Shown here in pieces: positions 59,457 through 64,000 of a DNA stretch of 64,000 bases (positions are counted from its first letter, which is position 1; each line of letters starts with the position of its first letter). The translations under genes were made by a program, and so were the position numbers. A model generated the notes under the pieces. The model searched no databases and was not told where the DNA came from. It saw only the letters and a list, made by a program, of their open reading frames with translations. The stretch covers positions 288,001 to 352,000 of the forward strand of contig CAVVMW010000001.1 of assembly GCA_963749495.1 (NCBI GenBank), read 5' to 3'. This DNA comes from an uncultured bacterium. Lineage in GTDB: Bacteria; Verrucomicrobiota; Verrucomicrobiia; Limisphaerales; UBA8199.

Positions 59457-60454
59457 GCGTCCGATTCGTCCGACTCGTCCGACCAGTCCGACCGGTCCGA
59501 CTCCTCGTGTGCCTTCTGCTCGTCGTGTTGCTCAGCCCTGCCACGCTGCTCCGGGCCGGCGGCGCGGAGCAGGGCACGGTAATCCTGGTCATGGGCGCGG
59601 CGGGCGAAGAAGAGTTCGGCACCAACTTCCTCCGCGAGGTGGCCTTGTGGGAAAAGGCCAGTGCCCAAGGCGAATGCCGCAGCATCACCATCGGCCTGGA
59701 TCCCGCGCCCGGGCCCAGCGATTGCGACCGGCTCAGAGCGGCGCTCTCCGCCGAGCCCACAAACGGCCCGGCCCCGCTCTGGCTGGTCCTGATCGGCCAC
59801 GGCACTTTCGACGGCAAAGAGGCCAAGTTCAACCTGCGCGGCCCGGACCTCTCCGCCGCCGACCTCGAGCTGTGGCTGCGCCCCTTCCGCCGTCCCCTGG
59901 CCATCATCAACACCGCCTCCTCCAGCGCCCCGTTCCTCAACCGGTTGTCCGCCACCAACCGCGTCATCATCACCGCCACCCGCAGCGGACACGAACAGAA
60001 CTACGCCCGCTTCGGCCAATACCTGGCCCAGGCCCTCACCAGCCCGGAGGCGGACCTCGACAAAGACGGCCAGGTCTCGCTCCTGGAGGCCTTCCTGACC
60101 GCCTCGCACCAGACCGCCGAGTTCTACAAGGTCCAGGGCCGGCTCATCACCGAGCATGCCCTGCTCGACAACAACGGGGACGGCCTGGGCACGCCGGCGG
60201 ATTGGTTTCGCGGCCTGCGCGCCGTCAAGAAGGCAAAGGACAACGCCGGCCTGGACGGCCTGCTGGCCCGGCAGTTCTGCCTCGTCCCGAGCGAGTCCGA
60301 ACGCAAGCTGGCCCCCGAACAGCGGTCCCGCCGCGACGCCCTCGAACGCGACCTGTTCCTGCTTCGCGAGAAGAAGGCCCAGATGAACCAGGACGACTAT
60401 TACCGCCAACTGGAAAAGCTCCTGCTCGACCTGGCAAGGTGCTACCCGACGTGA
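59453..60454 (+). CDS. Secreted caspase/peptidase-C13-like fold protein
   Basis: LVLIGHGTFDG, INTASSSAPF, VIITATRSG.E, DLDKDGQVSLLEAF, TEHALLD; ATGA overlap with the upstream gene. Confidence 0.75.
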   Translation: MSVRFVRLVRPVRPVRLLVCLLLVVLLSPATLLRAGGAEQGTVILVMGAAGEEEFGTNFLREVALWEKASAQGECRSITIGLDPAPGPSDCDRLRAALSAEPTNGPAPLWLVLIGHGTFDGKEAKFNLRGPDLSAADLELWLRPFRRPLAIINTASSSAPFLNRLSATNRVIITATRSGHEQNYARFGQYLAQALTSPEADLDKDGQVSLLEAFLTASHQTAEFYKVQGRLITEHALLDNNGDGLGTPADWFRGLRAVKKAKDNAGLDGLLARQFCLVPSESERKLAPEQRSRRDALERDLFLLREKKAQMNQDDYYRQLEKLLLDLARCYPT

Positions 60455-60632
60455 GGGCCGTTGACAAAGTTGTAGCGCAGGTTTCCAAACCTGCTGTATC
60501 GCCGATTTCCAATCGGCAGGGCGTCGGCACGTTGAGCGCCCCCGGTTTGCGGACGGCCTGCGGGTTTGGAAACCTGCGCTACGCTGGCGCCCCTGGCGCA
60601 CAGCCGCGCCGAGCGACCTTGTCAACGGCCCT
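60454..60632 (-). mobile_element. MITE-like element family A, copy 3 (inverted, internally shortened)
   Basis: Perfect TIR AGGGCCGTTGACAA...TTGTCAACGGCCCT. Confidence 0.85.
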
Positions 60633-60732
60633 GCCCCGTCGCGCGCCCCCAGTCATTTTCATTGCTTGACGAAATTTGCCCCCGGGGACATGCTCAATTA
60701 CGGCTGGGCGCAAGCGCGCTCGGCCACAGATT

Positions 60733-61596
60733 ATGATGCGCACAATTCAGAACCGGTTGTTTTTCGTTCCCGCCTTGCTGCTGTCGCTCCCGCTCGCCTT
60801 GGCCCAGGCGCCCTCGGGGGAGATTTCCTTTACCTTTGACCGCACGACGGTTCCCGTCTGGGATTTCACCGGGGCCTACCAGTTCGACCAGCAGATGGTC
60901 GGCCTGGGTTCGGTCTCGCCTCTCTCCTTCCAGGTGTTCATCACCCACGACCTGGCCGGGAGATTGCGCGGCCTCGGCACGACTATAGTGACGATCGGCC
61001 AGGATGTCGTATCCGCCAATTATGTGGTCATCGGCAGTGTCAGCCTGGGCGGCAATGCCACGCGCGCCATCTTCAAGATTTCGCTGGTGGGGGACGGTCT
61101 GGACCTCATCGCCGGGCAGCCCCGGGGCTTCCGGGTCTCCCTGCTCTACGACCTGGTGGTGGACCCCAACCCCGCCAATACGCCGGCCTGGATCCCGCGG
61201 GCGGGCAATCCCGGGGTGCGCGGCACGGTGAGCGTCTCCGGCGTTGGCGCCGCCACGGTCATCCCCGGGAACGGTTTCGCCGTGGCGCTGCCGCCAGGCG
61301 TCAATGGCAAGTGGAGCCTGGACATGGACATCCTGGCCCTGAATCGGCTCGGCGGCTCGGCCACCATCGTCATCGACAGCGCGGCGCCGCCCGACCGCCC
61401 GCTGACTCAACCGGGCACCCGGACACTCAATGCCAACCTCGTCGGCACCTTCAACGCGAGGCTCGCGTCCTCGCAGGTGGTGCTCGCCGGCATTTTTGAC
61501 ACCCGCCCCGCCTCGCTGCAGTTGAGCTTTTTCAACGGCGCCACCGCGCCATCGCGCATGAGCGGCAGGCTCCTCGGCCAAACCATCCGCCAATAA
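60733..61596 (+). CDS. Secreted beta-strand-rich hypothetical protein
   Basis: Signal peptide ending ALA-Q; coding-like codon bias. Confidence 0.75.
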   Translation: MMRTIQNRLFFVPALLLSLPLALAQAPSGEISFTFDRTTVPVWDFTGAYQFDQQMVGLGSVSPLSFQVFITHDLAGRLRGLGTTIVTIGQDVVSANYVVIGSVSLGGNATRAIFKISLVGDGLDLIAGQPRGFRVSLLYDLVVDPNPANTPAWIPRAGNPGVRGTVSVSGVGAATVIPGNGFAVALPPGVNGKWSLDMDILALNRLGGSATIVIDSAAPPDRPLTQPGTRTLNANLVGTFNARLASSQVVLAGIFDTRPASLQLSFFNGATAPSRMSGRLLGQTIRQ

Positions 61597-61641
61597 ACCC
61601 CCGTACAGATCTGCAGCGTCTGGTTTTCCTTTTCCGCTGTC

Positions 61642-62208
61642 CTACTTGCTCCCAGGCTTGACGGGAGGAATCGCCGCCAGGTCCGCAGGAAGCTTATCGG
61701 GCTCGAATGTCTCGACGTGCAGGGACATGAGGCTGAAGCCGGGTACTCCGAAGTCCACCGCCCCGCCTGAGCGGTCCACAGCCATGGCGACCCCCACCAC
61801 CTGCCCGCCGTGGCGCCGCACGATGTCCAGGGTCTCCTGCACCCGGCCGCCCTTGGTGACCACGTCCTCGACCACAAGGATTCTCTCGCCGGGCGCGATT
61901 TTGAAGCCGCGGCGCAGGGCCAGCTTGCCGTCTTCCTTCTCGACGAAGATGAAGCGAGCGCCCAGTTGGCGGGCCACCTCTTGGCCCAGGACCAGCCCGC
62001 CCATGGCCGGGGAGACCACCGTGGCGGCGGCCAGGGGACGGACTTTCCTTGCCAGTTCAGCCCCCAGCTTCTCGACGGTGGGCATCTGCTGCAACGCCAG
62101 GGCGCATTGGAAGTACTGGCGGCTGCGCAAGCCGCTGCGCAGGATGAAGTGCCCTTCCAGCAACGCCCCCGTCTCGCGGAAAACCTGCATCACTTCGTGC
62201 TCGGTCAT
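61642..62208 (-). CDS. pyrE: Orotate phosphoribosyltransferase
   Basis: GHFILRSG..S..Y, PAMGG, LVVEDVVTKGG, VDRS. Confidence 0.93.
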   Translation of the reverse strand: MTEHEVMQVFRETGALLEGHFILRSGLRSRQYFQCALALQQMPTVEKLGAELARKVRPLAAATVVSPAMGGLVLGQEVARQLGARFIFVEKEDGKLALRRGFKIAPGERILVVEDVVTKGGRVQETLDIVRRHGGQVVGVAMAVDRSGGAVDFGVPGFSLMSLHVETFEPDKLPADLAAIPPVKPGSK

Positions 62209-62211
62209 GCC

Positions 62212-62370
62212 TCAGCCTTTGGACGGGTAGAGCGCCCAGGAAATGCCGGCGTTGGAGGCCAAAATAAAGACCGCCGCCAGCGCCAGCACAACCAGCGCTA
62301 TGAGCGGCAGCAACCACCACTTCTTCTCCTGCCGGCAGACCTGCAGGAACTCTCGAAACAGAGCCTTCAT
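62212..62370 (-). CDS. Small DUF5989 (SxtK-like) membrane protein, not in the ORF track
   Basis: Manual translation MKALFREFLQVCRQEKKWWLLPLIALVVLALAAVFILASNAGISWALYPSKG. Confidence 0.75.
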   Translation of the reverse strand: MKALFREFLQVCRQEKKWWLLPLIALVVLALAAVFILASNAGISWALYPSKG

Positions 62371-62613
62371 TGGCCGGAACCTTATCAACCCGAACGCTCC
62401 GTGGCAATGCGCCGTTTACATCACTAACGGGGCGATGATGAAGGTGCAATAATTGAGCATCTCTCGTGGCTTGGATGGGGCAGCGTCCCAACGTCCTTTG
62501 GGTCCCTTTCGTCCCTTGTGTCCCTCCTGTCTCTTGTATCTCATCCCAAGCGGTGCCGGCGGCTCGGCGTGGGATCCCTTCGGGCGTACCCCGACGTTCC
62601 AGCCCGCCCCGGC

Positions 62614-63420
62614 TCAAGACGACGCCAGCAATTTCTTTGCCTGCCGGACGTATTGCGGGTTCAACTCGACCCCGACAAAGCGCCTGTTCAACCGCCGGCA
62701 AACCCGGCCCACCGTGCCGCACCCAAAGAACGGGTCGAAGACAAAATCGCCCGGCCTGGTAGCCGTCAGGATACAAGGTTCGACCAGGTCTTCAGGAAAC
62801 GAGGCGATGTGATGGCCGTTGGCCGGAGCGGTGTTGATGCTCCAGACCGTGCGGCGGTTGCGGGTCCCTCCGTCTTCGGCCGCCTCCGGCGCCGCCTCGG
62901 CATGATAGGTGTATCTCTGCTGCCTGGTGAACATGAAGAGATATTCGTGGGCGCGGGTTGGCCGGTCTCTGACGCTCTCCGGCATGGCGTTGGGTTTGTG
63001 CCAGATAACGTCGCTGCGGAGATACCATCCGTCCGCCTGCAATGCGAAGGCCAGCCGCCAGGGGACGCCCAGCAGGTCCTTGTCCTTCAGGTCCGGGGGA
63101 TTCTCCGGGCGCACCGACATGGCGCGGTTAGGGTTCTTCTTGTCGGGCGCGCGCCATCCCCGGTTTCCGCTGGTGTAGCCGTCGCCAATGTTCAACCACA
63201 AGATGCCGTCCGGTTTCAAGACGCGGCGCACTTCGGCAAAGAGGTTCGTCAGCCTGTGGATGTAGGCAGCGAGGGTCGGCTCCAGCCCAATCTGGCCCCG
63301 GATCCCGTAATCCCGCAGGCCCCAATAGGGAGGCGAGGTGACGGCACACTGAACGCAAGCCTCCGGCAGCCGCGGGAGGATTTCACCAGCATCCCCCTCG
63401 AGCACCAGGGACTCGGTCAC
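62614..63420 (-). CDS. Site-specific DNA methyltransferase (N4-C/N6-A, beta class)
   Basis: VTSPPYWGLRDY, LWLNIGD, IWHKPNAMPESVRDRP..AHEY, H.A.FP..L, DPFFGCGT. Confidence 0.93.
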   Translation of the reverse strand: MTESLVLEGDAGEILPRLPEACVQCAVTSPPYWGLRDYGIRGQIGLEPTLAAYIHRLTNLFAEVRRVLKPDGILWLNIGDGYTSGNRGWRAPDKKNPNRAMSVRPENPPDLKDKDLLGVPWRLAFALQADGWYLRSDVIWHKPNAMPESVRDRPTRAHEYLFMFTRQQRYTYHAEAAPEAAEDGGTRNRRTVWSINTAPANGHHIASFPEDLVEPCILTATRPGDFVFDPFFGCGTVGRVCRRLNRRFVGVELNPQYVRQAKKLLASS

Positions 63421-63594
63421 TTGAATGTTTGGAGCCGGTACTTTCGATCAATTCATCCGATTGCCGGCAAACAGTCTGCCACCCGCGCCCGCCGGTGAAA
63501 AGAACTCCCTCGCCTTTCAGGATTGACTTCCAAAGCGCACGGGCGGAGGGTTGTCTCGATGGCATGCTTGCGCATCGCACGCCTGCCGAACGGA

Positions 63595-63785
63595 ATGAAA
63601 ACCAACACCAAGAAGACGAGACCCAAGGGGAATGGGGTGCTGCTGGGCCGTGAGGAATTGCTCGCCGCCCACCACGCGCGCTGAAACGCGTGCGAAGCCT
63701 GACACCGACGGAGGGCTTTGAGACTCTGGTAAGGGCTGGCATTTACACCCGCGACGGCAAACTGACCCCGCGCTACGGCGGCTAA
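63595..63785 (+). CDS. Small hypothetical protein with apparent 1-nt deletion
   Basis: MKTNTKKTRPKGNGVLLGREELLAAHH then, one frame over, ALKRVRSLTPTEGFETLVRAGIYTRDGKLTPRYGG. Confidence 0.45.
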
Positions 63786-64000
63786 CCGAAAGATCTTGCT
63801 CCAAGGAATCAGGCTCGGTCCATGTACTGTGCCGGCTCGGGGGAGAAGAAGTCAATGATGCAAGTTGGGTCTCTCACCGCTATCTGGATGTGAGATCTGA
63901 GGGCGATTTTGGAGCCAGGGAAGGCAGGTTTTAGGGGGTTAGTCAAACCGAGACGCCACTCTGGGTGAGATTAGAACTGCTGGTCAGATCACGGCGCCTT

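Overview
GC-rich bacterial chromosomal window. Gene content and repeat style suggest Verrucomicrobiota (Pedosphaera/Limisphaera-like); this is inference. Left to right: (1) two secreted/lipoprotein genes; (2) a decayed accessory patch (ATPase fragment, orphan antitoxin, Mrr nuclease with an in-frame TAG, RAYT remnant); (3) a minus-strand dcw cluster (mraZ-hyp-rsmH-ftsL-ftsI-murF-mraY-LysM-ftsW-murG-murB-ddl-ftsQ-ftsA-ftsZ) lacking murC, murD and murE; (4) a 6 x 211-bp nested-palindrome tandem array; (5) queA and a RibD-C-like gene; (6) an accessory region of modular secreted proteins, bounded by copies of the 3' end of a PduO-type adenosyltransferase gene; (7) a DUF362 protein; (8) sdhCAB, with sdhB cut by a complete 1,888-bp IS4-family element (13-bp TIRs, 11-bp TSD) carrying a divergent small gene; (9) a 16-kb MoxR/DUF58/BatA/DUF4159/DUF4175 envelope operon; (10) pyrE and an orphan DNA methyltransferase. 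At least eight palindromic REP/MITE families and many 7-mer and 9-mer microsatellites are present, several read in-frame inside proteins. About seven single-base frameshifts, nearly all in G/C runs, may be sequencing errors. No rRNA, tRNA or CRISPR array was recognised. All family assignments come from motif recognition, not database searches.
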